Assembly (NCBI GenBank): GCA_964577975.1
Contig: CAZOBB010000026.1
Coordinates: forward strand, 3,120-67,119
Direction of reading: 5' to 3'
DNA from: an uncultured Thermodesulfobacteriota bacterium
Lineage (GTDB): Bacteria; Desulfobacterota; S145-22
DNA length: 64,000 bases
Position 1 is the first letter of the stretch. Each line of letters starts with the position of its first letter. Below, in pieces: positions 19,606 to 28,742 of the stretch. Position numbers and translations under genes: made by a program. The notes under the pieces are model-generated. The model searched no databases. It was given only the letters and a program-made list of their open reading frames with translations, and was not told the origin of the DNA.

Positions 19606-21093
19606 ATGTATCAGTACGTTGCCGTAGGATTTTTAGGAGGGGGATTGGTCGTTGCCCTCCTTTTTTATTTTCTCAAGGTAAAGAGGGGGCAAGGGGACGA
19701 GGAAGCGGTTCGCGCCAAAGAAGAACAGCTTTCCGTGGAGATTCAACGGTTACGGGAGGAGATCCGGACGAAGGAACGAAATCTCCTCGAAATTTCGCAA
19801 GAAAAGGCAGCGGCCGTCCAAAAATCGTTGATGATACCGAAACTGGAGGAGCAGATACAGAGGCTGGAGGAAGAGAAGAAAGGATTTTTTCGCCAAATCT
19901 CGGAGCTGCAATCTCAAAAGGCGGAGCTGGAGGCGACGTTGCGGGAAGAGAAAAAGGCGTGGGAAGAGAAATTTCTTCTTTTGGAAGAAGCGAGGCAAAA
20001 ACTTGGCGATGCCTTTGAAGCCCTTTCTGCCAAGGTCCTCCGCCATAGTCAGGAGAGTTTTTTGAGAGAAGCAAAGATAACCCTTGAAAAATTTCACAAT
20101 CAAGCCACGGGGGAGCTGGAGAAACGGAAACAAGCGATAGGGGAATTGGTTCGGCCAATCCAAGAGCTCCTGCATCGGTATGAAAAGGAGATTCAGGAAA
20201 TGGAGCGAGCCCGCCGGGAGGCGTATGGAGGATTGAAGGCACAGGTGGAATCCCTCTTGACGACGCAACGGAAATTGGAGGCTGAAACGAGTAATCTCGT
20301 CCGGGCGTTACGGGCTCCTCAAGTTCGGGGACGGTGGGGTGAAATAACCCTGAAACGGGTCGCAGAACTTGCCGGGATGGTGGAACATTGTGACTTTTAC
20401 GAACAAGAAAGCATGGCCACGGAGGAAGGGCGGCTGCGCCCCGATATGATCGTGAGACTTCCAGGGGGAAAACAGATCGTCGTGGATGCCAAAGTTCCTC
20501 TCATGGCCTATCTGAGGGCCGTCGAGGAAACCGATGAAACGGCGCGTAAAGCGCATTTGAAAGAGCACGCCCGTCAGATCCAGAATCATATTTCGAATTT
20601 GGCGAACAAGGCTTATTGGGATCAGTTTACCCCGACACCCGAGTTCGTTGTCCTTTTCATTCCGGGGGAGAATTTTTTCAGCGCGGCCTTGGAGCAATCT
20701 CCCGATCTCATAGAAGAGGGGGTGCAAAAAGGGGTGATCCTTGCCACCCCAACGACACTTATTTCACTTCTCAAGGCTGTTTCGTATGGATGGCGTCAGG
20801 AAAAGATGGCGGAGAACGCCCAAAGAATCAGCGAGATAGGAAAGATGTTGCACGAAAGAATCCTGATCTTTGCCGGCCATTTGAACGATGTTGGACGCCA
20901 TTTAGACCGAAGCGTCCAATCCTATAACAAGGCCGTGGGGTCTCTCGAAAGTCGCGTGTTGCCGGCCACGCGGCGATTTGAAGAGCTGGGAATATCGTCC
21001 AAAGGCAAGATCGAGCCGATCGGAAAACTGGATAGAAACGCCAGAACGCTCCTTATTGATGAAAAGGAAACCCCGGGTAAAGAAAGGTCATAG
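19606..21093 (+). CDS. rmuC: DNA recombination protein RmuC
   Basis: It has an N-terminal TM helix, a long coiled coil and a C-terminal RmuC nuclease-like domain (RGRWGEITLKRV...VVDAKVPL). Confidence 0.8.
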   Translation: MYQYVAVGFLGGGLVVALLFYFLKVKRGQGDEEAVRAKEEQLSVEIQRLREEIRTKERNLLEISQEKAAAVQKSLMIPKLEEQIQRLEEEKKGFFRQISELQSQKAELEATLREEKKAWEEKFLLLEEARQKLGDAFEALSAKVLRHSQESFLREAKITLEKFHNQATGELEKRKQAIGELVRPIQELLHRYEKEIQEMERARREAYGGLKAQVESLLTTQRKLEAETSNLVRALRAPQVRGRWGEITLKRVAELAGMVEHCDFYEQESMATEEGRLRPDMIVRLPGGKQIVVDAKVPLMAYLRAVEETDETARKAHLKEHARQIQNHISNLANKAYWDQFTPTPEFVVLFIPGENFFSAALEQSPDLIEEGVQKGVILATPTTLISLLKAVSYGWRQEKMAENAQRISEIGKMLHERILIFAGHLNDVGRHLDRSVQSYNKAVGSLESRVLPATRRFEELGISSKGKIEPIGKLDRNARTLLIDEKETPGKERS

Positions 21094-21197
21094 CTTTTTC
21101 CCGGCAGATGAAGAAGGAGATCGACTGGGAAGTTTTTTGCTTCGAGGGGCAAACGCATAGAACTGAATAGACGGGAGGCAGAATTGAGGAATGGGCT

Positions 21198-22505
21198 TTG
21201 AAGAAGGAAAAAGTGGGAGTCAGAAAAGGATTCAGGGTGCCTGACAGGCGAACTATGGGCCTTGTAGGGATGTTTGTGCCGTTGGGCCTTTTTTTTCTCC
21301 TTTCTCAGTTTTACCGAACGTCCTCCGCGGTTATTGCGATTGATTTGATGCGGGATCTCCATCTCAACGCACAGACACTAGGTCTGTTGAGTTCCGTATT
21401 CTTTTATGCCTTTGCCATCGTGCAACTGCCGATGGGAGCGGCGATGGATCTCTTTGGGGCCAAGAGAATTCTCGTCTTTCTCGCCCTTGTGGGGCTGGTA
21501 GGCGCGGTTCTTTTTGCCAGTGCCCAAACCCTCGCCGTGGCTATGACGGGAAGGGCCTTGATTGGGATCGGTATGGCGTGTGGCCTCATGGGAACGTTCA
21601 AGCTTCTCATCAATTGGTTTCCCGAAAACGCCTTTGGAACCGCCTCCGGGCTCATCCTTTCCGTGGGAACCTTGGGGGTTGCCGCCGCAACGGCTCCCTT
21701 GGCGGAGGCCGTGGCGAGGGTAGGGTGGCGTATGACGTTTTTTGGCATGGCCCTATGTCACCTTTTTATTGTCGCGTGGATTATCTTAACGGTGAAGGAG
21801 TCTCCCAAGACACCGATCGAGACCCAAGAGACAGGTTCGCCGGAAGGCGCTGCGAAACGTGATTTTTCCCTGGTTTTCAAGCACCCAAGTTTTTGGTTGA
21901 TTGCCGTTACCACATACGTTCGGTATGGGACCTATGTGGCCATTTCCGCGTTGTGGGCTGGTCCGTTCCTCAGAAAGGTTTACCACTTTTCCTTGATTAA
22001 ATCGGGTAATTTCCTTCTCGCCTTTCCCCTAGGTTTTATACTGGGGGGACCGGTTATCGGGTATCTCTCCGATAAGGTCCTGAAAAATCGGCAGCGTGTG
22101 GTCTTATTCGGCATGATGGGATACAGTCTCATGATGCTTCCCCTTTGCGTGACAGGGACGTCTCTTCCGGATTGGGTCTTGGTGGCTTCTTTTGCGGGTA
22201 TGGGTTTTTTCACCTCCTCAGGTGGGATTATGTATGCCAACATCAAGGAACTCCTCCCGAAAGAGGTCTCGGGACTGGCCATGACGGGCGTCAACTTTTT
22301 TACCATGTTGGGGGCCGCAACTTTTCAGCATGGAATTGGGGCTTTCATCAAGCACCTTTCGGGATCGACCGTCTTGACGCCCAAGGCGTTTCATTGGGGC
22401 TTCCGCATCTGTCTCCTTGCGTCTCTCATAGGGGTTCTTTGCTACTGGTTTGTCAAAGAGGCCGGAAATGGGCTTCACTTGACGGAGGAGGGACGGAAAT
22501 TATGA
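21198..22505 (+). CDS. MFS transporter
   Basis: It has 12 predicted TM helices with a loop 2-3 motif (GAAMDLFGAKR). Its stop overlaps the next gene's start (ATGA). Confidence 0.75.
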   Translation: MKKEKVGVRKGFRVPDRRTMGLVGMFVPLGLFFLLSQFYRTSSAVIAIDLMRDLHLNAQTLGLLSSVFFYAFAIVQLPMGAAMDLFGAKRILVFLALVGLVGAVLFASAQTLAVAMTGRALIGIGMACGLMGTFKLLINWFPENAFGTASGLILSVGTLGVAAATAPLAEAVARVGWRMTFFGMALCHLFIVAWIILTVKESPKTPIETQETGSPEGAAKRDFSLVFKHPSFWLIAVTTYVRYGTYVAISALWAGPFLRKVYHFSLIKSGNFLLAFPLGFILGGPVIGYLSDKVLKNRQRVVLFGMMGYSLMMLPLCVTGTSLPDWVLVASFAGMGFFTSSGGIMYANIKELLPKEVSGLAMTGVNFFTMLGAATFQHGIGAFIKHLSGSTVLTPKAFHWGFRICLLASLIGVLCYWFVKEAGNGLHLTEEGRKL

Positions 22506-24280
22506 ATCCATGGCACGAGGAAAGGTACCTAGCCTACAAAAAACGGATCCAGGTGGCCTCTGGCAAAAAGCCCCCCGACAAGATTTTTGTGGGTGGGGAA
22601 GTTTTGAATGTCTACACGGGAGAGCTTCTGAATTGGGACGTGGCCCTCTCGGGAGATCGTATCGCCTATCTGAAACCGCGGGGGAAACATCTCCAGGGGA
22701 AGGGCACGTTTGTTCACGACGTATCTGGTAAGGTGCTTGTGCCCGGCTATTTTGACCCCCACGCCCACACCGATCTCTATTATACCCCCTGGGAATTTGT
22801 CAAAACGGTGGTGACGACGGGAACCACATCCCTCTTCTCGGATTCTCACGATATGGCGAATGGCTTGGGAATGGAGGGGTTCCTGAAGGTTCTAGAGGCG
22901 TCTCGAACTTTTCCCGTTCGTTTTTTTAGCGGGGTCCCTTTGGCTTCCCCGCCCTATCCGGTGGAAGGGGAAGACCTCTATGGGATTTCGAACGTTCGGC
23001 GTCTGTTGAAGCTAAAGGGGGTGACGGTAAGCGGCAGCGAGTTGACCCCCTGGGTCAAAGTGATTCGTGAGGATGCACCTCTTTTGAAGAAACTCTTTAC
23101 GGTCCACCAAGTGACGGGGAGATTGGAGGGACATACGGTAGGCGCGAAGAAGGAAAAGTTGGCGGCTCTCGTGGCGGCGGGAATAACGTCGTGTCACGAA
23201 TCCATCACTCCCGAAGATGTGGAAGAGAGGCTCCGGTTGGGGCTGTATGTCATGATTCGACAAGGATCCATTCGTAAAGAGTTTGAACGGCTTTTTCCTT
23301 TTCTCCAGCGTTATCACCCTAGAATCATGCTTACCCCAGATGGATTGTTTGCCGATGAGATAGTCGAAAAGGGATATATGAACTATGTGCTGCAAGAGGC
23401 GATTCGTTATGGCGCCGATCCGGTTTCCCTCTATCGGATGGTGAGTCTGAACCCGGCGGTTTATTTTGGTCTCGAGAGCGATCTGGGAGGGATTGCGCCG
23501 GGTCGCCTGGCAGATTTCAATATCCTTCGCGATATAGATGATCCCACACCTTCAGAGGTATGGGTGGGTGGGGAACGGATCGCCGAAGGAGGGATGTGGA
23601 TCGGCAGGGAATGGGGAGAGATCAAAGAGGTGCCCACGGAGCGTCCCCTTGAGATGCCACCGTTGAAGCCGGAGGATTTTCGCGCCTTCTACCCAACATG
23701 GTTTCCGGAGGGAATTCCCGTCATCAAGGTCATCGACCATACCGTGACGGGACTTTGTTGGTGGAAACCCGGCGGAGGCGACGAAGGGAGCGCCGATCCG
23801 GAACGCGATATCTTCAAAGTGGCTTTGATCCACCGAAAAGGACCGGCGTCTGGTATGGGTATTGGCTATGTTTACGGGTTTGGGCTGAACAAGGATACGC
23901 ACATAGCTTCGACCGTCGCCCACGAAACACACAATATGCTCGTGATGGGGACCGATGACCGGGAGATGGCGGCTGCGGCCAACGAGGTTATTAAAATGGG
24001 GGGAGGAATCGTCGTGCGGGGGGAGGGGAAGACCCTCTATCGGTGGCCGTTGTCGGTTGGAGGGATGATGAGTCGTGACTCCATGCGGGACATTGCAGAG
24101 GCGCTTAAGGCAATTCGGTCTCTGTTGCAAGAAAGGGGCACGCCCCTTCCCGATCCCGTTTGGACATTTGGATTTCTTTCGTTTACCTCGATTCTCCGCC
24201 TCCGGATTACGATCTCCGGCGTTTATGACGTGAAAAGGGGAAGTATCCTATATAATGCCAGAAAGGAAGGAAAGGGGTGA
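22502..24280 (+). CDS. ade: adenine deaminase (amidohydrolase superfamily)
   Basis: It has an amidohydrolase metal-binding HxH (FDPHAHTD) and AdeC-like length and domain order. The annotated ORF from 22145 is an out-of-context extension into the MFS gene; the true start is ATG at 22502. Confidence 0.7.
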   Translation: MNPWHEERYLAYKKRIQVASGKKPPDKIFVGGEVLNVYTGELLNWDVALSGDRIAYLKPRGKHLQGKGTFVHDVSGKVLVPGYFDPHAHTDLYYTPWEFVKTVVTTGTTSLFSDSHDMANGLGMEGFLKVLEASRTFPVRFFSGVPLASPPYPVEGEDLYGISNVRRLLKLKGVTVSGSELTPWVKVIREDAPLLKKLFTVHQVTGRLEGHTVGAKKEKLAALVAAGITSCHESITPEDVEERLRLGLYVMIRQGSIRKEFERLFPFLQRYHPRIMLTPDGLFADEIVEKGYMNYVLQEAIRYGADPVSLYRMVSLNPAVYFGLESDLGGIAPGRLADFNILRDIDDPTPSEVWVGGERIAEGGMWIGREWGEIKEVPTERPLEMPPLKPEDFRAFYPTWFPEGIPVIKVIDHTVTGLCWWKPGGGDEGSADPERDIFKVALIHRKGPASGMGIGYVYGFGLNKDTHIASTVAHETHNMLVMGTDDREMAAAANEVIKMGGGIVVRGEGKTLYRWPLSVGGMMSRDSMRDIAEALKAIRSLLQERGTPLPDPVWTFGFLSFTSILRLRITISGVYDVKRGSILYNARKEGKG

Positions 24281-24401
24281 AGGTTGGTGAGGAAGGAATA
24301 GGCAGGTTCTATGGGAGCTCGAAAGGCGAAAAACTTGACATACTTAGAGGGGATTGATAAAAAATAAATGCCGTTTTAACCATGAAAAAAAGGGGCCGAT
24401 T

Positions 24402-25994
24402 ATGGAATCCAAGATCAGGAAAGATTTGGAATCGTTGGGAATTCGGAATGTTAGCCACATCCACTGGAACTTGTCGACACCTGCCTTGTACGAAGAGATC
24501 GTGCGAAGGCGGGAGGGGATGATTGTCCATCTGGGACCTGTCGTGGTACGGACAGGGCATTACACGGGACGGTCTCCAAACGATAAATTCATTGTCAAGG
24601 AACCGACAAGCGAGAACAAGATTTGGTGGGGGGACGTGAACCGTCCTTTTGATGCCAAGAAGTTCGATCTTCTCTTGTATCGCCTGCAGGCATACCTTCA
24701 AGGGAAGGATATCTTCGTCCAGGACTGTTACGCGGGTGCTCATCCCCAGCATCGGGTTCCGATTCGTGTCATAACCGAGACGGCGTGGCATAACCTTTTT
24801 TCGAGGAACATGTTCGTTCAATTGAAGGATCGAAGTCAATTGATGGAGCATGTGCCCGAATTTGTGGTCATCAATGTTCCAAATTTCCGGGCGGTTCCTG
24901 AGTTGGATGGCACCAATTCAGAGGCCTTTGTCCTAGTAAATTTCGGGAGAAAGCTCATCCTCGTGGGAGGAACGAGCTACGCCGGCGAAATCAAAAAGTC
25001 GGTTTTCACAATCTTGAATTTTCTCCTTCCCCAGGAAAAGATCCTTTCCATGCATTGCTCGGCAAACGTGGGGCCCAACGATGATGTGGCCATCTTCTTC
25101 GGCCTTTCCGGAACCGGTAAAACGACGTTGTCGGCCGACCCCGAGCGCCGACTCATAGGGGACGACGAACATGGGTGGGGGGAGGATGGAGTCTTCAATT
25201 TCGAAGGTGGATGTTATGCCAAGGTAATTCGCCTTTCCAAAGAACACGAGCCGGAGATCTACGAGTGCACGAGGAAGTTTGGGACAATCTTGGAGAATGT
25301 GGCTTTCGATATCCACACGCGACGAATCGATTTGAACGACGCCTCATTGACCGAGAACACACGGGCGGCCTATCCCATTCCCCACATTCCTAATGCCATT
25401 CGGGAAGGGGTAGGGGGGCATCCCAAAAATATAATCATGCTTACGGCGGACGCCTTTGGGGTATTGCCTCCTGTGTCCAAATTGACCCCCGAGCAGGCCA
25501 TGTTCCACTTCTTGTCCGGCTATACCGCGAAGGTAGCGGGGACGGAACGGGGGGTCACGGAGCCGGAGGCCACATTCAGCGCGTGTTTCGGAGCTCCATT
25601 CATGGCGTTGCATCCAACGGTTTACGCCCGCCTCCTAGGGGAAAAGATAAAGAAACACGAGGTGAATTGCTGGCTTATCAATACCGGTTGGAGTGGCGGG
25701 CCGTACGGCGTGGGCGAACGGATTCATCTTCCCTACACACGGGCCATGGTCAAGGCGGCCCTCAATGGATCGTTGGCCGATGTGGAGACACGGCACGATC
25801 CGATTTTCAAATTGGATGTGCCGGTTCGGTGTGAGGGAGTGCCCGAGGACATCCTGGATCCCAAGAGGACATGGAAAGATCCCAACGCCTATGATGAGAA
25901 GGCGAAAGAGCTGGCGAGGAGATTCAAAGAGAATTTCAAGAAATTCGAAGATCAAGCGGACGAATCCATTCGCTCGTGTGTACCAGAAGTCTAA
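24402..25994 (+). CDS. pckA: phosphoenolpyruvate carboxykinase (ATP)
   Basis: It has an N-terminal region typical of PEPCK-ATP, a kinase-1a motif (GLSGTGKTT) and is ~530 aa. Confidence 0.9.
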   Translation: MESKIRKDLESLGIRNVSHIHWNLSTPALYEEIVRRREGMIVHLGPVVVRTGHYTGRSPNDKFIVKEPTSENKIWWGDVNRPFDAKKFDLLLYRLQAYLQGKDIFVQDCYAGAHPQHRVPIRVITETAWHNLFSRNMFVQLKDRSQLMEHVPEFVVINVPNFRAVPELDGTNSEAFVLVNFGRKLILVGGTSYAGEIKKSVFTILNFLLPQEKILSMHCSANVGPNDDVAIFFGLSGTGKTTLSADPERRLIGDDEHGWGEDGVFNFEGGCYAKVIRLSKEHEPEIYECTRKFGTILENVAFDIHTRRIDLNDASLTENTRAAYPIPHIPNAIREGVGGHPKNIIMLTADAFGVLPPVSKLTPEQAMFHFLSGYTAKVAGTERGVTEPEATFSACFGAPFMALHPTVYARLLGEKIKKHEVNCWLINTGWSGGPYGVGERIHLPYTRAMVKAALNGSLADVETRHDPIFKLDVPVRCEGVPEDILDPKRTWKDPNAYDEKAKELARRFKENFKKFEDQADESIRSCVPEV

Positions 25995-26047
25995 GAGGTT
26001 TTAGACCGCGAAGGGAAAACGAAGGAATTCAGTAAAAGGAGGGGGCG

Positions 26048-27343
26048 ATGGGGCAATCCTTTTTTCCGCCTTATACATCGATAGAAGAGATTCGTCAGGT
26101 CCAGTTGGAAGGACTCAAATGGACTGTGCGACACGTCTATGAAAACTCGGAGTTTTATCGGAGGCGGTTCGACGAACATGGCGTGAAACCGTCGGACATT
26201 CAATCCTTGGATGATATAACGAAACTCCCCTTTACGGTGACGGACGACTTGAGAGCGGGGTATCCCTTTCCCCTTCGGTCGGTGCCTTTTGATCGAATCG
26301 TTCGAATCCATGCCTCATCCGGCACCACAGGGAAGAGAAAGGTCTTGAGCTATACGAAAAAGGACATCGATGATTGGGCTAACATGTTTGCTCGGTGTTT
26401 TGAGATAGCCGGTTGTACGCGAGAGGATAGGGTCCAAATAGCCGTGGGATACGGGCTATGGACGGCGGGCGCGGGATTTCAAGCGGGGGTGGAGCGTTTT
26501 GGGGCGATGGCGGTTCCCGTCGGGCCGGGGAACATCGATATTCAAATCCAAATGCTCGTGGACTTGAAAACGACCGTGTTGTGTTGCACGGCTTCCATGG
26601 CGTTGCTTCTCGCGGAAGAGATCGAGAAACGAGGAATCAAGAAAGAAATCGCCCTTAAAAAGGTGATATTTGGGGCGGAACGAAGTAGTGACGCCATGCG
26701 TAAACGGATCCGAGACATGTTGGGTGTGGAACATACCTTCGATATCCCGGGCTTGACGGAGCTATACGGGCCGGGGACGGGTCTCGATTGCCCGAAGCAT
26801 GAGGGGATCCATTACTGGGCCGATTATTATATTCTGGAGATCATCGATCCAGAGACCTTGCAGCCTGTTCCGGAAGGGGAAACGGGGGAAATGGTTGTCA
26901 CCACGCTCCGTAAGGAAGCGGCTCCCCTTGTCCGTTACCGCACGAGGGATCTCACGAGACTGATTCCTCATCCGTGTTCGTGCGGAAACGTCTTTCCAAT
27001 GCACGATCGCATCATGGGTAGGAGTGACGATATGTTCATCTTCCGCGCCGTCAATATCTATCCAGGCCAGATTGATCACATCCTTTCCTACACGGAAGGG
27101 GTGGGAAGCGAATACCAGGTGATTCTGGAGAGAAAGGAAGACGGGAAGGATTACATGACGATCCGGGTGGAGAGGGATCCCTCCTGGAGCGCGGAAAGGG
27201 ATGACGAATTGAAAAAAGTCATAATGGAGCGGGTCAAGAAGGAGATTCTGGTCAGCACGGCGGTGGAAATCGTCGATTATGGAACTCTTCCAAGAACAGA
27301 GAGGAAGAGCAAACGCGTGTTCGATAATCGAGAAAACGACTAG
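26048..27343 (+). CDS. phenylacetate-CoA ligase family adenylate-forming enzyme (PaaK / coenzyme F390 synthetase-like)
   Basis: It has a PaaK-type N-terminus (IEEIRQVQLEGLKWTVRHVYENSEFYRRRFDEHGVKPSDI...), an AMP-binding motif (SSGTTGKRK) and is ~430 aa. Confidence 0.8.
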   Translation: MGQSFFPPYTSIEEIRQVQLEGLKWTVRHVYENSEFYRRRFDEHGVKPSDIQSLDDITKLPFTVTDDLRAGYPFPLRSVPFDRIVRIHASSGTTGKRKVLSYTKKDIDDWANMFARCFEIAGCTREDRVQIAVGYGLWTAGAGFQAGVERFGAMAVPVGPGNIDIQIQMLVDLKTTVLCCTASMALLLAEEIEKRGIKKEIALKKVIFGAERSSDAMRKRIRDMLGVEHTFDIPGLTELYGPGTGLDCPKHEGIHYWADYYILEIIDPETLQPVPEGETGEMVVTTLRKEAAPLVRYRTRDLTRLIPHPCSCGNVFPMHDRIMGRSDDMFIFRAVNIYPGQIDHILSYTEGVGSEYQVILERKEDGKDYMTIRVERDPSWSAERDDELKKVIMERVKKEILVSTAVEIVDYGTLPRTERKSKRVFDNREND

Positions 27344-27359
27344 GAGAAAGGGAGCTGGT

Positions 27360-28226
27360 ATGATCGAGTATGAGTATCTGAAACCGAAAAATCTTGAGGA
27401 AGTCTTTTCCTATTTGAAATCTTTTGGAGAAAAGGCGACTTTGATTGCGGGAGGAACGGATGTGATGGTGAACATCCGAAACAAAAAGATTGCTCCCGAG
27501 GCGCTGATTTCCCTGCGAAACCTGGAGGAGCTGGCCTACATAAAAAAGGGCGAGGACGCCTATCACATCGGGGCCTTGACCACGCATCGGATGCTGGAAA
27601 CCAGCTCATTGGTGGCACGAGAGCTTTCGGCGTTGCATGACGGCGCGTCGCAAGTAGGGTCTGTCCAGATAAGAAACGTGGCGACCATCGGAGGCAATAT
27701 CTGTAATGCCGCTCCCTCTGCGGATACGGCGGGGCCGCTTCTGGCGTTGGATGCCGCTGTGGTTTTGAAAGGACCCAACGGTTCCAGAAAGGTTCCGTTA
27801 ACAGAGTTTTTTACAGGTCCATCCCAGACCGTGCGGGCTCACGACGAAGTGGCGGTGGAGTTTGAGATTCCCCTGCGCATGGGGGAATTCGGAAGTGCCT
27901 ATCACAAACACGCGCGCAGAAAGGCCATGGATCTACCTATCTTGGGAGTGGCTGTTTCTCTCGAGATGGAGGGAGAGACTGTTAAGGACGCCCGGATTGC
28001 GTTAAGCGTGGCGGCTCCTACCCCAATTCGCGCCGTGAAAGCGGAGGAATTCCTGAGAGGAAAAAAGGGAGAGGAGGAGGTCTTTGAGGAGGCTGGAAAG
28101 ATAGCGGCAGAGGAGGCATCTCCCCGCGATAGCTTGAGGGGTAAGGCGTGGTACCGGAAAGAGATCATTGCGACCTTTGTGCCAAAGATGGCGTTTAGAG
28201 CCATGGAACGTCTTAAAAATCGTTAA
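27360..28226 (+). CDS. xanthine dehydrogenase family FAD-binding subunit (CoxM/PaoB-like)
   Basis: It has an FAD-binding domain of molybdopterin dehydrogenases (TLIAGGTDVMV...IGGNICNAAPSAD). The start is at the internal ATG 27360 with a GGAG SD. It has only one Cys, so there is no HcrB-type Fe-S insertion. Confidence 0.8.
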   Translation: MIEYEYLKPKNLEEVFSYLKSFGEKATLIAGGTDVMVNIRNKKIAPEALISLRNLEELAYIKKGEDAYHIGALTTHRMLETSSLVARELSALHDGASQVGSVQIRNVATIGGNICNAAPSADTAGPLLALDAAVVLKGPNGSRKVPLTEFFTGPSQTVRAHDEVAVEFEIPLRMGEFGSAYHKHARRKAMDLPILGVAVSLEMEGETVKDARIALSVAAPTPIRAVKAEEFLRGKKGEEEVFEEAGKIAAEEASPRDSLRGKAWYRKEIIATFVPKMAFRAMERLKNR

Positions 28227-28240
28227 TCAAGGAGTGAGGG

Positions 28241-28723
28241 ATGAAGAAGATTACGGTCTCGTTTACACTGAATGGAGATCCTGTCACGGCGGAAGTTCCG
28301 GCGACCTGGAATTTATTGAAAACATTGCGGGAATACTTTGAATTGATGGGCCCGAAGGAAGGGTGTGGCGTGGGTGAATGTGGTGCCTGCACCGTCATCA
28401 TTGATGGAAAAGCGGTCAATTCTTGTATCTTTCCGACGGCGGAAGTGGAAGGAAAAAACGTGGTAACGGTGGAAGGACTTGCCAGCAAGGATGGGACCTT
28501 GCATCCTCTTCAAAAGGCCTTTTTGGAAAACAATGGGGTTCAATGTGGATTTTGCACGTCGGGAATGCTGATGTCGGCGAAGGCCTTGTTGGACGAGAAT
28601 CCTGATCCAACGGAAGAGGATATAAGGACGAGCCTTTCGGGAAATCTTTGTCGGTGCACGGGATACGTACAGATCGTGGAATCTGTTCAGAAAGCCGCAG
28701 AAATGATGAAAAATCAATCCTAA
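28241..28723 (+). CDS. xanthine dehydrogenase family 2x[2Fe-2S] small subunit (CoxS/PaoA-like), cytoplasmic
   Basis: It has a plant-type ferredoxin motif (CGVGECGACTV) and a second cluster motif (GFCTSGM...CRCTGY), with no Tat signal. Confidence 0.85.
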   Translation: MKKITVSFTLNGDPVTAEVPATWNLLKTLREYFELMGPKEGCGVGECGACTVIIDGKAVNSCIFPTAEVEGKNVVTVEGLASKDGTLHPLQKAFLENNGVQCGFCTSGMLMSAKALLDENPDPTEEDIRTSLSGNLCRCTGYVQIVESVQKAAEMMKNQS

Positions 28724-28742
28724 GGACGTCGGGAGGAAGGGA

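Noticed and set aside
22145-22501. N-terminal 119-aa extension of the adenine deaminase ORF overlapping the MFS transporter gene
   Set aside because: It lies entirely within the MFS coding sequence in another frame. The amidohydrolase domain starts right after the ATG at 22502, which overlaps the MFS stop, so the extension is an ORF-finder artefact.
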